Shown in pieces: positions 49,397 to 62,906 of a stretch of 64,000 bases of DNA. Source of the DNA: Convolutriloba macropyga (lineage: Eukaryota); the NCBI RefSeq assembly GCF_964194025.1, contig NC_134470.1:16740001-16804000 (forward strand), in the 5' to 3' direction. The notes beneath the pieces were generated by a model, which saw only the letters and a program-made list of their open reading frames with translations, searched no databases and was not told where the DNA came from. The stretch's first letter is position 1, and each line of letters begins with the position of its first letter. The translations under genes were made by a program, and so were the position numbers.

Positions 49397-50113
49397 AGCA
49401 TAGCTGGCAGATAGCAAAAAATAGCCACGATAGTTTCGTAGATCTGCAGTCTCAAAAAGGTAAACAAAAAAGAACGAAAAAAAATTTATTTTCATCAATT
49501 GATGAGGTGTTGTATTTTTAATAAAATCTGTAACTTATTGCTGTTTCTATTAGCTGCTCTCAAATAACTTTCAAATTAGAGTGACACACACTCAGTAGAT
49601 CTTATCTTGAACTAAAATAAAGAAGTCATTTTGAGAGTGTGGTTAGTCACGTGAGACCAAAAACTTAATCACGCAAATGAACAAGAAAACTCTCTCCACT
49701 AGGAGTGAAAATGACGTCACGCACGCAATTCAGTCGAAATTGCATGAATCAATGAACAAAAAGCAAATTTGACGTAATTGTGACGTCATATATCAAAAAT
49801 CTTGTCGACCAAACAAAAACAAAACAAACTAACTAGGACTTGATTGGGAAAAAACCACAATCCAGGAATCGAACTTTAGTACAGATACTGTTTTCTCATT
49901 CCACTTCAAAACTAGAGTGCAAGAATTTCACGCAGTAAAACCACTCGCATTTTCCTCCAACTCCTGCTTCGGCATGGTCAAAATCAACCCTCGAACTTTT
50001 AAAATTACGAAAATAAACGAACAGTTCATTTGAAAACACCATCCCAATACAATTCAAATTCTTAAAACCAAGAGAAGGCTAATAATGGCGCCAGCTATCC
50101 CTTTGAGGCTATG
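49397..50113. mobile_element. Helentron-like element (family C) in a BRE1 intron
   Basis: catagctggcagatagc..aatagccac start, shared core, ccaagagaaggctaataat...ggctat end. Confidence 0.6.
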
Positions 50114-50860
50114 AAAAACAGAGCCAGCAGATTTCTGAAAAAGCTGCAAAAGTCTTACCCGCCGTAAATGGGAGATAGAAAAAGATAATGGGCTAGTTCA
50201 AGACGTTGCCGATGAGCATTTCAAGATTCATGTGTTTTCTAAAATACTTAACTTTGAGAACATTTATAATTTAATTCTTTCTCAAAGCCCTATTATTACC
50301 AGCCTCCGTCATATACGAGTCATTTGTTCACCTTGAAACGTCCCAGAGTAACCTCAATTGATCTTAACTATAGTGTCAAAACTGATTTAAAAGGAGTAGG
50401 TCATTAATAGCCAAAAAACAGTTACTGGGCTTTATGTTTACTTTGGCGTTTCGATATTGACACATTTTATTTTAGATTCCTTTAGGACTGCAACTGCTGT
50501 TAACAAAACTTCGAGCAGAATGAGCGAAGACTGAAACTAACCTACAAAAGACAAAAAGATAACATGCCGAAAAATCGTCCAAATTAAGTAAAGCGAATCA
50601 AATTTTTGTTTGAAGAAAAAAAAAGAGGCCCACAATAATATCTGGCTGAGAAGATGAGGTCAGCTACTGATAAAAAAAAATGCGCAATTCAGCTAAGATG
50701 CACTGATAATGGTGTAAAAAACGAGGTACCGCATATGAAAAAAAGGAAGACATACAAGTCAAAAACATAGCTGGCAGATTGCCAGAACATAGCGGCAATA
50801 GACTCGAAGATCTCCACTCTCAAAAAACAGTATAAGAAACAGACAAAGAAAATTTTTTTT

Positions 50861-51952
50861 ATTAAATGCTCAGATGTTACATTTTGATTAAGAATCTGTC
50901 AAAATTATTGCTGCTTCTAATAGCTGCTCTCAAATAACCTTCAATTAGAGTGAAACATGCTCACTTGACCTTATCTCTCTGAATTAAAGTCAAGAAAAGA
51001 CAATTTTAGAGTCAAGAAGTCATTTTTGAGAGTGAGGTAAGTCACGTGTGACCAAAAACGTCATCACGCGAAAATGGAGTTTTTTGTTCATTCGCGTGAT
51101 GAAGTTTTTGGTCACACGTGACTTACATCACTTTCAAAAATGACTGCCTGACTCTAAAATTGTCTTTTTTTTACTTTAATTCAAAGAGATAAGGTGAAGA
51201 GAATATGTGTCTCTAATTGAAGTGAAAGTTATTTGAGAGCAGCTATTAGAAGCAATAATAATTTTGACAGATTCTTAATCATAATGTAACATCTGAGCAT
51301 TTAATTAAAAAATATAGAATAGATTAACTTGAGGAGGGTTTATTCGAATACTGACGCGGGAAGTGCATCTCTTGTTTCCTTGATGACTTTTAGTTGGCAA
51401 GGTTTTTGTTTTTGATTATATAGATAATGTAGAACACGAAAACATTATTAATAGTCACGAAGCGATAGCTGAGGCTGTTATTGGCCTTGTCTTGGTTTTA
51501 TTTATTTATTTCGTCGTCAAGATTTTTGTTACGACCATATGACGTCACAACCAATTCAAATCTGCTTTTTGTTCAATCGTTTATGCAATTTCAACTGAAT
51601 TGCGTGCGTGACGTCATTTTTCACTCTTAGTGGAGCGAGTTTTATGTTCAAAGAGTGAAAAATGACGTCACGCACGCAATTCAGTTGAAATTGCATGAAC
51701 GAATAAACAAAAACCAGATTTGAAGTGGTTGTGACGTCATATGGTTGTAAAAAAATCTTGACGACGAAATAAATAAAAAACCAAGACAGGGCCAATAATA
51801 ACCTCAGCTATCGCTTCGCGACTATTAATAATGTTTTCGTGTTCTACCTTATCTATATAATCAAAAAGAAAACCTTGGCAACTAAAAGTCATCAAGGAAA
51901 CACTTCCCTCGTCAGTATTCAAATAAACCCTCCTCAAGTCAATCCATTCTAT
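50861..51952. repeat. Two abutting long palindromes derived from one family-C element
   Basis: Arms 50861-51072 / 51091-51305 and 51314-51628 / 51651-51952. Confidence 0.9.
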
Positions 51953-54704
51953 TTGTAAGCCATGATAATTTTATTCAAAATTGAACCATACTGAAAAGAA
52001 ACAAGCTGTTTTAATACTCGAAAATGAAATTAATGCAACAACTAAATCGCTTATAGGTCTTATCCAATCAACGAGACATGTACAATGTTAACTCAATTAT
52101 TTTCAATTTGTTTCCTGCAGCATCACTTTATATGTGTTCATGTAATGTCTGTTGCGCGGCTATTAATAAAAAAAGATTCCAGACATGAAGAAAACGGAAA
52201 ATTGTCAGAGGACGCACAAAAAGGAAGACCACGAGTACCGCAGATATTTTTTGCAGCAATCATAGAAGATATATCCTTAATAAACACAACTCTTTATAAT
52301 AGCAATTAGCCAAGCAAAAAAATACAAGAAATGAGGCCCAAGCTCGGCAATTCTCAACTTTACAAAAATATATACAAATCAATGAATTCAAATCTCTTTA
52401 CATGAGCAGCTACGCTTCACTTCGATTCTTTGAAGCAACTACAACAAACGCTGTACTGAGAGCGCATGACATAAAAAACTACCATGAAAAGAACAACAAT
52501 TCACAATTTTTTTAATCAAGGTCAAACTTAAAAGATCGGCGACAGAACTGTCAAGCAACTTAGACCTGCCTGGGGTGATTTGGTTAATTCGGCCACGGCG
52601 TTTATAGATGGGGGATAGGTAGTTTTGGGGTTTGTTAGCTGGGAGTGGGTTGGTGGTATGTTTGTATTGGAGCTGTCTTTTTTATTTTTTGTAATGTTTT
52701 CGCACATTTTTAAAAATTTCATTAGAAACCCTCAGCTTGCGTTAGTAATCTTTCAAGCGCTTATTGTGCTGAAACCACTGAGAAGGCCTAAATTCAAGGA
52801 TAAAAGGTCAGTTTAGGCAGTTTGAGCCCAAAATGTTGGGCTCAAAACGCCTAAGGTTTTGTTAGATAAGTCTTCAACTGACGTTTTGCTGATAAAATTT
52901 CTAAAGAGTTGGTGAAGGTCTTGGTCATTCAAGTTTTTAAAACTTCTGTCAGTTTTTGCGTTTTTCTATCTTTAGAGCCAAGTGAAACCTTTTCAGGGCT
53001 TGAAAAAGGGTAACTGAATTGTTTATAGAGAGAAGGTTCTTAAGATATTATTATCACGAATTTTGGCGACTTTCCAAAAAAATACAACTTAAAAGCCTTT
53101 TGAAATGTTTTTTTTCTTTCCGAGTTTTTTGCTCTTCAGGAGACAGTGAAAGCTTTTTAAGGTTTTAAAACAGTTTACCGCATACTTTCTCAGGGAAATT
53201 AAAAACGTTTTGAAGACAGAGTAAAGAAATTTAACGATTTTTCAATAAAATTTGCATTTCTTTCAAGTTTTTTTTTAGAAAATTAGGCTGATTTTTTTTA
53301 GTTTTCTATCCCTAAGTTTCAACCAAACATTATGGGCTTAATAATGAGCTACTGGTTAGTTTTAAACTTGAACGAAATTAAGTCTAAGATAGAACATCGA
53401 GACTTCAAGCAACTTTTTGATACAATTTGCAGCTTTCTTCAAAATTTGCCATTTCTCAGTTTTTTAAATCTGCAAGCGACAAAGTATCATTCCAAAGCTT
53501 ATACATGGGTTAATGCTTAAATTGTAGTGGCATAGATTTAGCCTCGAGGACATTAGCGTTAAAAACTTAGCAACTTTTCTTTAGTTTTAGCTAATTTTTC
53601 CGTTTTTTAAACCTTTTTCTGGACCGTGCTTGTTTATCCCTTGAGAGTGCAACCTTTTTGTTTCTAGCTTGCAAGCTTTTTTGTGCTGTCACTTTTAGCC
53701 CTCTCATTTTTAATTGTTTTGATCTCAAGTCGGTAAGAAAACATTTTGAGCTCGGCGCGGCTTTTATGCGTAAATTTGAACATGGCAGTTATTTTTTGGA
53801 GATACTGACACCAAGAAACTCTGGCGAACCTTTCTTTTTTCTAATTTCTATTTGTTGTTTCAACTACTAATTGTTGTTTTGCCTGTCTTTGATTGCCTCT
53901 TTTGTATCAAGAAAGTCTGCTTCGTATTTGCAAAGATTTCTACTCTCTTCTTATTGCATTTATAAAGACCTTGTTGTTGAACACACTGATTCAAAAATTA
54001 TATACACTTTGAATGCTTTTACTTTGATAATTGATATTTGAAATCAAAAACTCAAGACTAATACTCAAGAACTAGGGCATATAAGTTTGACACTACTTAG
54101 ATGCACACTATTGATCTTTAACTAGTAAATGTTCATAAAATTTAGAGAGAGTTCAGAAGTTTTTTTCTTGAGTGAGGTAATTCACGCAGTCAACCTAAAA
54201 ACAGAAATAACGTCCCGCACGCAAATTTTAACTGCAAAGCAGTAGAAGTCAGGTCGTAAGAATCATCGACGGAGACGACGAATTAAAAAAAAAACATAGC
54301 AGGACAAGTCCTGACGTACAATTCAAAGAATTTTCATTGACTAAAAAAACTAGACCTAAAACGGACTATGAATGGATTGGAAAAACCATTTAGAAAAAAT
54401 CCGATCCAAAAAATCGAAAAAACAGTAAAAATCAAAGTGAAATTGCCGCATGTGAACAAAAAAACCACTAGCGAGAAAGCGAATTTTTGTTCAAACACCG
54501 TTTTCTCACTCTACTTTAAATTTAGAGCGAAAAAATTTCACGCCGCAGGCCTAATATAATTGCTACAAAATTCTTGAGAGCAATTAAAAATTTTGTTACA
54601 GGAGCGGGAGGACAGTTCCAAACACACAGGAAGAAAGATTTCTGTGACAAACATTTCCATTAAATCTACGGAACGGGAGATTTGATCGATTAATAGGCGA
54701 GTAC

Positions 54705-54851
54705 CTTTTTCTTGAGTGTTTCGGACATTTGTGTCCTAAGATGTGCCTCTTTCTCAATAGCATGGTAGCTGTTCATCAGGTGTAGCTCCTTGTCCTCCAA
54801 CCTCCTTACCACTTGCACCTGACTGGTCACTTGTTGCTGAAGGGTTATCAC
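54705..54851 (-). CDS. BRE1: BRE1 coding exon
   Basis: gtacag|VITLQQQVTSQVQVVRRLEDKELHLMNSYHAIEKEAHLRTQMSETLKKK|gtactc; 147 nt; resembles the RNF20 coiled coil. Confidence 0.92.
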
Positions 54852-55735
54852 CTGTACACATTACAAAGAACTGTCCTTGGACGAAATCTACAAAATTTCT
54901 TTAAATATTCCGACACCAATTTTAAATGTAGGGAGAGCACTATATGCTCGACTGTTTTTTGTAAGGTCAATTTTGATCAATCGATATATTCAATGAAGAA
55001 AATTTTAAGTGGTATCATTTCAAAGTCAATGAAGCGTACAAACGTTGAGGATTTTTTCCGAATTTCACTTTTTGTTGAGTCAACGATGTTTAAAACTTTG
55101 CTAAGTTCCCCTACGGCTTCCGACATTATGACAAATACATTCTGTTACTTTTCCAAATCGTCTTACCTTCAAATTTTTTTAGCATTGAACAATTATTTGC
55201 AAGAAATTTCCAAGCTTTGGGCAACAGGTGACAACTTTTGGTGCCCTTCAGTTAATTTTGTAGCATTAAATGATGCTCTACAATTACTGGCTTAATAAGT
55301 GGAAGAGTTATTCAGGTTTCGATGTCCTAGCCCAGTTGTCTAACATGTTTTTTTTCAGAAGTCCGCTAAAATGTTTGTCCGCGTTAATATTTCTATTTTG
55401 AAACATTTTAGACCTAAAAGATCTGGTAACTACAGAGCTACCAGCATCTTTGTTACCAATTATATGCATCCATTGACTTTGAAATTTTTTAACAGATTTT
55501 CACAATATTTGAAAATCGAACTTTTTTGAAACTGTCACGTCGGATTCAATCATAACCAATTGTTCAAAATAACCAAAATTTGAATGTCCCATTCTTCACA
55601 CCAGGAGTGTAAACAGTAAAATGCATTGTATGTTTAAACAAATCAGTCAAAGAAATCTTATCAAATTTCGAGCTATCGTTGCTGCCATTACACTTGATAT
55701 TTACAGATTACAGCCTAGACGGGACTAAGAAGCTC

Positions 55736-55910
55736 AATAGTGAGCTTCAAATAACCACATTAGAGGTTAATATATATAACACTATTAAAATTTGAAGTGA
55801 AAAATGGTACCAGTTTCGGCGCACTTTTCATTTCACTTTAGTATTAAATTGTCGCCAATTGAGTTCAGCTGCTTGAAATTGTGATTGAGAGAGAATTTTA
55901 GATCACGCAA
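55736..55910 (+). repeat. Dispersed repeat, second copy at ~60115-60290
   Basis: aatagtg(a/g)gcttcaaataaccacattaga ... gagagaattttagatcacgcaaa in both. Confidence 0.8.
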
Positions 55911-56074
55911 AACGCAAAAAGTCAAGGGCGTAAAAGTCACTCGAAAAGTCAAAACCGTTAAGCAAAATTTTTGCATAAAAAAGACACGTTTACAATAATT
56001 GCTATGCACTTCGTTCAAGAGCAATTAAAAATGATCATTTTTTGGCACAGGAAAACCAACGAGAAAAAACGAAC

Positions 56075-58006
56075 AACAAAGCTGGCAGATTGCAAGAAAA
56101 CAGCCGCAATAGCTTTGAAGATCTGCAGTCTCAAACAAAACAGTAAAAAAAGACAGACCAAAAAATTACTATTTTCATTAAAGGACGAGATGTTGTATTT
56201 TGATAAAGAATCTGTAGAAGTAATTGCTGCCTCTATTAACTGCTCTCAAATAACATTCATTTAGAGTGAAACATTCACTTGACCCTATCGCTTTGAGATA
56301 AAGTCAATTTCAAAGTGAGGAAGTCAATTTTTGAGAGTGAGTGTGACCAATTTTTGAGAGTGAGTAAGTCAAGTGAGACCAAAAATTTAATCATACGAAT
56401 GAACAAAAAACTCGCTCCACTAAGAACAAAAAATGACGTTACACACGCACTTCAGTTGAAATTGCATGAACGAATGAACAAAAAGCAGATTTGAAGAGAT
56501 TGTGACGTCATATGGTCGTAACAAAAATCTTGACAACGAAACAAAAAAGCATAGCAGGACAAGTCCTGAAATACAGTCCAAAAAATGAATGAAAAACTGA
56601 GCAATCGCAGTCAAAAAGACAAAATCTTCAAAGTTGAGAAGTTGAGAAACCAAAAAAGTCAAATTAAAAAAATAATCATTGCTAACTCTTGAATCTTTTA
56701 CCCTGACGGCCAAATATGATACAATTCAATATACTCATTATCTCACGCACAAGCCCTTTCAGAAATTTAGTTGCAACTAAAGGTAGATAAACTCGATAAA
56801 TATGACAAACGCTTCAAAAAAAACTGATAATTGCAAACCTTAAAAAGTTTCAAAATTTTGCAGAAAAATTCAAAACCATTTGTCATGCAACCCATCAGCA
56901 ATACTTAAAAAACGATTTGTTGGCCAGTGAATATCGTTAAACTCAGAAAATGACAAAAATTGTTTTCAACTTCAAATTTAAAAACAATTGCAATTTCTAT
57001 TAAAATCATGCCAAAATTCGTGATTATTAACGTCAGAACTACTTAATTCAATGTCAACAGAGACTATTCAGTATCCCTATTTCAAGCCCTAAATAGTTTT
57101 ACTGTCAATCTATAAACTTGGAACAGGATAATTTTTACAGAAAATTCGAAAATTAAATTAATTCAAAAAATTGCTAAAACTCGAGTTATAAAAAAATGAT
57201 AACCATTCCATTACCTCTAGCAAGTATGCAGTAACTTTTAATTAAAACATGGAGGGGGCTCCTGGTGCCAGAAAAACTTCTAAAAATTCAAAAATTTTGA
57301 GAAAATATGAAAATAGCAAATTTTCTATTTAAAAAACCAATCCATTATGCAGTAAGTTATTATCCAACCCTAAAAGAGGAGGTGCCTATGCCCCTGCTTC
57401 CGAAAAACTAAAAAAATTGAACAAACAGTTTAAAAAAACTTGACAAAATTGCAAGTATTTTTACAAAAAACTGCTAAAACTAGTGATATTTTTGAATCTT
57501 GAAAAACAATTCATTACCTATAGCAACTATGCAGTGTCTGACCAATACAATCCAATGCTTGGATTGTAAAAAACCAAGAGAAGGACAATAATAGCCCCAG
57601 CTATAGCCATGTGGCTATTAATAAACGGAATAACGCAGGACACGTTTATCTCGAACGACAAGTTTTACAAAAAAAAACTGCTAAAACTAGTGATAATTAA
57701 ATCTTGAAAAACATTTCATTACCTCAAGCAACTATGCAGTGACTTACTATCCAACCCTAGAGGAGGAGGTGCTTGGGCACCTTCTGCCGGAAAAACTTTA
57801 ATTAGAGCTTTGCCTGTTTATCCCGTTTTGAGAGCTCTTAGTCATGAAAAAAGCTGTGAAAATATCTTACAAAAAAGGTAGATGACCAATACAATCCAAT
57901 GCTTGGAATGTAAAAAACCAAGAGAAGGCCAATAATACCCCCCGCTATAGCCGTGTGGCTATTAATAAACGGAATAACGCAGGACAGATTTATCTCGAAC
58001 GACAAG
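56075..58006. mobile_element. Family-C element with duplicated terminal segment
   Basis: Start aagctggcagattgc..cagccgcaatagc; end segment duplicated at 57539-57662 and 57883-58006. Confidence 0.55.
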
Positions 58007-59139
58007 CGTGTCAATTTAACTCAAAGGGGACTGTAGCCTCCGAGACCGGTTAGCCGCATGCTCAGACAAAATTTAATGCCCTCCGGGCGTTACCTGTTGA
58101 GCCCGTTTTTTAGGACAAAAAGTCAAAAACGTCAGACGAATAATCGGTCAACCGATATATAGCATAAAACTTTGTTTGAGAGCAATAAAAAAATTTTCAA
58201 AGTAGTAGACACCAAAAAATATCAATTAATTACGTTAAATGGTTTCATTTACACCTCTTTAGGATGGTCATAACATAAAAATCTCCACAAAATTGTGGTC
58301 AAAATGCTTTCAGACTACTGGCGAACGGTTGGTTTTAACAGTGGCCACCTGCATCTTAGGGAGGCTAGCTTTAGCTTAATTAAGGGGGTGGGGTGTGTTG
58401 ATCGGGAGTTGGCGAGCGGGGGTGAGAAGCGAGTGCGCAGGGTTACGGGTGGAAAGGTGGAGGAAACCGGCGTGGGGGGAGGTCAAAGGAGGGGGGGGGG
58501 TTGAAGGTTAAAGGGAAGGGTCCGTAATTATTGATACGTAAGGCTACAAAAAGAATTTGGTGCACTCTGCGCTCTATCTTTCTATCCAGTTTTTATGAAG
58601 CAGAAGTCATAAGCGTCTGACAAAAATCAAGTAAAAAAATCGTAAAAACCACAAGACTAATAATTGCTACAAACTTCATTTGAGAGCAAATAAAAGAAAA
58701 ACATTTTGCAAGCGAATTAGCCACAAAACGAGGCTTACCTATAGGTGTATTTCACGGAGATTCAGCTAGACCTGCTGTCTTCAAATATCTCATAGTTGAT
58801 CAAAACAACTTCTTCATAGGTTAGACCTGTGACAAAATCAAACGGTTAAAACCAGAAAAACTTTTCACACAAAAAGAGAAATCACAAAACTGATAAAATT
58901 CACAGTAATTAATTACGAATGAAAGTAACAGAAACGAATATGGAAAAGCTTCATATTTACTTCACTCACCTATGATTATGTCCTCAATTGACACAATTTG
59001 AGGACGAAAAACGAACCTCAATTCTTCCATCTGTAGGTCACACACAAGGATGAACAAACCAACTTTGAAGGACCGAAGAAATACTGGCCTACGATTCAAA
59101 AACAAAATACTACACGCTTTTTCGCTGCAAATCCTGTGA

Positions 59140-59545
59140 TGTGATAAGTTGAAAAAGTTATCGACGCTTCTTAAAAGCTATGTAAATAATTTCAGCGATA
59201 AATTAATAAAGCTTGTAAAAATTCATTGCGCAGAAGCCTTTTCTTTAAGGACCTTATTACACATATGAGTTCCTTTGAGCTTAAACTAATTCAAAAAAAC
59301 TTAAATTTTAAATTGCAAAATTCATTATATTGAGTGAGGTAAGTCACATATGATCAAAATCTAATCACGCAAAAAACTTTTCTAGAGAGAGTGAGAAATG
59401 ACATCACGAGCGCAAAAGCCGTTAGTGAGAAGAAGCCATTCAGAAAATTTGACTTTTTCAGCTTTGCTGTGAACAAATGTAAAACGAAAAAAGAGCCAAG
59501 AGCGCCGCAATATAGCTCCACTCAGCTTACAGATTCGCAGTTATA
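59140..59545. mobile_element. Family-B element, partial copy
   Basis: Colinear with 45105-45460 and 63000-63355; ends cagattcgcagtta. Confidence 0.65.
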
Positions 59546-60884
59546 AAAACAAAGCCGGTAGATTGCCGGAAAATAGCCGCCATTGATGCACTTTGGGATT
59601 GAAACAGAAAAAGAAAAGATAGAATTAACAGAATTTTTTCTACGTTTCAAAAATTGTTCTAACTCGGTGGGCAGTTTCAGTATGATTCTAAAACTACACT
59701 TAATTTAGATTTTAACTAAAGCTATTAAGCTTATTACTAAAATAAACTAGCAATCGCTCTAATGAACTTTGATAACCTAACGCACTTTGACTTAATGACC
59801 GTTCTTTATCGGTTTATCCCGTTTCTTTTGATTTTGCTCTTTTGACATTGACCGTATTCACTGCATTGCGTAATTCAATGGGTAAAAAGAATTTAAAATC
59901 CATTCAGTCGAAACATTGAGAGAGGTAAGTCACAAGATAAACGTAAAAATCGTGACTTAATTAAATTGAAAAACGTGATCAAAAGGTAAAGTGAATTAGA
60001 AAAACATAACCGACTAAACGTCGGAACAATCGCTCTCGAACGACTAGTGGGAGCTCTAATGAATTTAGGCCTGCTTCAGTCGGGGAGTGGGGAGCCTAAA
60101 TGAGAAAAAAAAATCAATAGTGGGCTTCAAATAACCACATTAGACGTTAACATATACCACTATTAAGATTTAAAGTAAAAAACGACACCATTTTCGGCGC
60201 ACTTTTCATTTAACTTTTAGTATTAAATTGCCGCCAATTAAGTTCAGCTGCTTGAAATTGTGATTGAGAGAGAATTTTAGATCACGCAAATTACAGTACT
60301 GGCTGAGGAGATTTAAATATAGTTTCTGTCATTACTTGAAAACAAATGTATACTGTAATGCATTTTGTTTAAGGGTTGACCATAAAAAACATTTAAATAA
60401 CCTCGTTTCAACATCTGCTAAATATCGTTTTAAAAAACCACTCTCAAATGACATCTGATGAATAGCTCGTATGATACATATTTTAGTAAAATAACGCCGC
60501 AAAGCATACATGAATAGATGCTTTTAAATTGAGGTTCTCTTAGACAAATTAGTTCATTTACGCAAGAATCATTAGTACTCTAACAAAGCAGTACATAGCT
60601 CTAAGGGTACCCTTGTGACTTTGCGTACGATAAAGATGAACATTTTGCATCAAAACTTGGTTACTTTAGTTAACACAAAAGTTCAATAGTTTTTGACAAT
60701 TTCAGCTTTACAATTTCTGTAGTGATATTGTTAATTTAAGCCATTTATTTGGCTTTTCGTGGGGGTGTACTTCCCAATTCATCTTCCCACAAAAATCAAT
60801 GGGTTTTAGATCTGTATAATTAGTAACGACTAACATTTCCATATATTCTGCAAACATGACATTATGCGTAAAGATGATAAAAAA

Positions 60885-61035
60885 CTCTCCGTTTCCGCCC
60901 AAGTAAAGCAAACCTCCCCCAGTTACAGAGCACGTGTCACTACATAGAAAATCATTGTAAAATTACAGCAAGTGCGTCTGAAGATGCAAATAATATGCAC
61001 CCACTGAGCTGGGGGAGGGGGTACAAACAAAAGAA
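60885..61035. mobile_element. Decayed GGG-type MITE
   Basis: ctctccgtttccgccc ... ggggtacaaacaaaag; internal gcgtctgaagatgcaaataatatgcacccactgagctgggg as in the 5556 copy. Confidence 0.6.
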
Positions 61036-61187
61036 AAAATGAAAATACAACTTGGCACCAAAGAATTTTACAGTGCGAACTATTTTGACTTCATTCCGTA
61101 GTTAGACAAACTCCTGTTTCTTAATGAGGGGATACGGGGACTAGAATCGATACCAATAGGCATTTAAGATAGTAACTAAGTCTTATA

Positions 61188-61449
61188 AACATAACCGACT
61201 AACGTCGGGCGAATTGCTCTCAAACGACCGGTGAGCGGTCGTTTGAGAGTCTCCAAAAAGTTTGAGCTGTGAAACAGAGCTGAAAGGCTCTAAGAGCACT
61301 TAATGCCCGCTGGGCGCTACCTGTTTATCCCGTTTTTGAGGACGAAAAGTCAAAAGCGTCAGGCGAAAAATCGGTCAAGCGAAAAATCGCATAAAAAAAG
61401 ACCAACAGGACTAATATAATTGCTACAAACTTCGTTTGAGAGCAATTAA
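61188..61449. mobile_element. Compact, apparently complete family-A Helentron-like element
   Basis: ccgac-taac-gtcgg hairpin; perfect 16-bp subterminal IR aattgctctcaaacga / tcgtttgagagcaatt, the second forming a hairpin with aattgctacaaac; A-rich flanks, no TSD. Confidence 0.7.
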
Positions 61450-62906
61450 CAACAAAGCTCAAGTGAAGGGCATCTAACTTTGGGCATTGTGTTTACACCG
61501 TTTCTATTCTTGATTTAAAACTAGCCTAGAGATGTCAAAAAAAGTTCACGCAGAAACTTGAACAAGCTGTGACTTGTGTTCAAGCGAAACATTTTTTTCG
61601 ATGGAAAAAAGGGCCACTATAATAACCGGCTGAGAAGATGAGGGTGGCTATTAGAAACACTTTAAAAAACTCAATATGTCTAATTAGAAAACCAATGAGA
61701 CCTAATTGTAGCACAACAATGCGATAAGAAAAAAATTACTGAGAGTCAATTCTGCCTCATTAGAACACCGATGAGACTTGTCGTTAATGAGAGTAAGTGA
61801 GAAAACAAGAATATACAAAAAACGACTAACGTCTGACGAATTGCTTTCGAACGAGGCAAACAATATAGGCTAGAGAAGCTTTTATGGTGTAAAAAATTTT
61901 GACCAGGGAGGAGTTAGCACATGCGACCTCTCGGATGTGAGTTGAGGAAATTAAACACTACTCTATGTACTACCGGGCTATGAACGGTCATCGCTCACAA
62001 TCTCACGTTTTTAATAATTACTTATATATTAAATTCTTATATATTAATTACTTATATACTAAAATTCGTTCGAGAGCAATTAACACCATATAAAGGCTAA
62101 ACTCAAAAATTCTTCAATATTTTTTGAGAGCAGTTAGTCTCAAAGTCATTAAATCCAAACGCTAAAAACCGATGCAAGTAATGAAATTCATTTATGCCTC
62201 ATAAAAAGCCGATGAGATTTGCCATGAACGATACTAAGTGATTCATACGCCAATGATTGAAGAGTTTATTGCCCAGCCAACGTGAAGCTGTCAGTGTAAA
62301 GACGAGCTTTTACTTAACCATAGCTTCAACCTGACCAATGTTTCCTGTATTGATGGTACCACGTGAAAGCTTCAGACGCAAAAAATTGACCTAAGTCACC
62401 AAAAAAGAACAATGCTGCTCATAAAAATATAGTCTGCAATGTGCGGAGTAATAAGAAAAAGCAGCCGAGAACAGGCCACTGTGGCCTGAAGCTGTTCTGC
62501 TGCGATAACGCAGAAACCACAAGTATTATTAAAGTGACAACAAATAGGACAACAGATAGGCGAAAAACAAAAATCACTAATTTATTGAAACAGTCATTAA
62601 ATCAATAGCTGCCCATTGTGTGTACGTACCATTGCATCTAAGAACCATTAGAACATATGTATAATCATTAGCAGCAATCGTGGAGAATTCACTGAAAACA
62701 GAACTCTGCCGTACGTGAAAATAAACCAAAAACTTGTTCAAACAACAATTTCTCACTTAAATTTAAAACAGTTTGTAAAAATTTCACGCCCATAAACTAC
62801 TCCCAGTGGCACTCCCTTTACCTGTCAAGTGTTATTAGAATTACTTCTCTAAATGTTACTTTTCACTGAGATCAAAAAACCCGAAAAATGTGTGAACAGA
62901 TCTTCA

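Noticed and set aside
54813-55295. 160-aa plus-strand ORF
   Set aside because: Non-ATG start, no motif, antisense and intronic.
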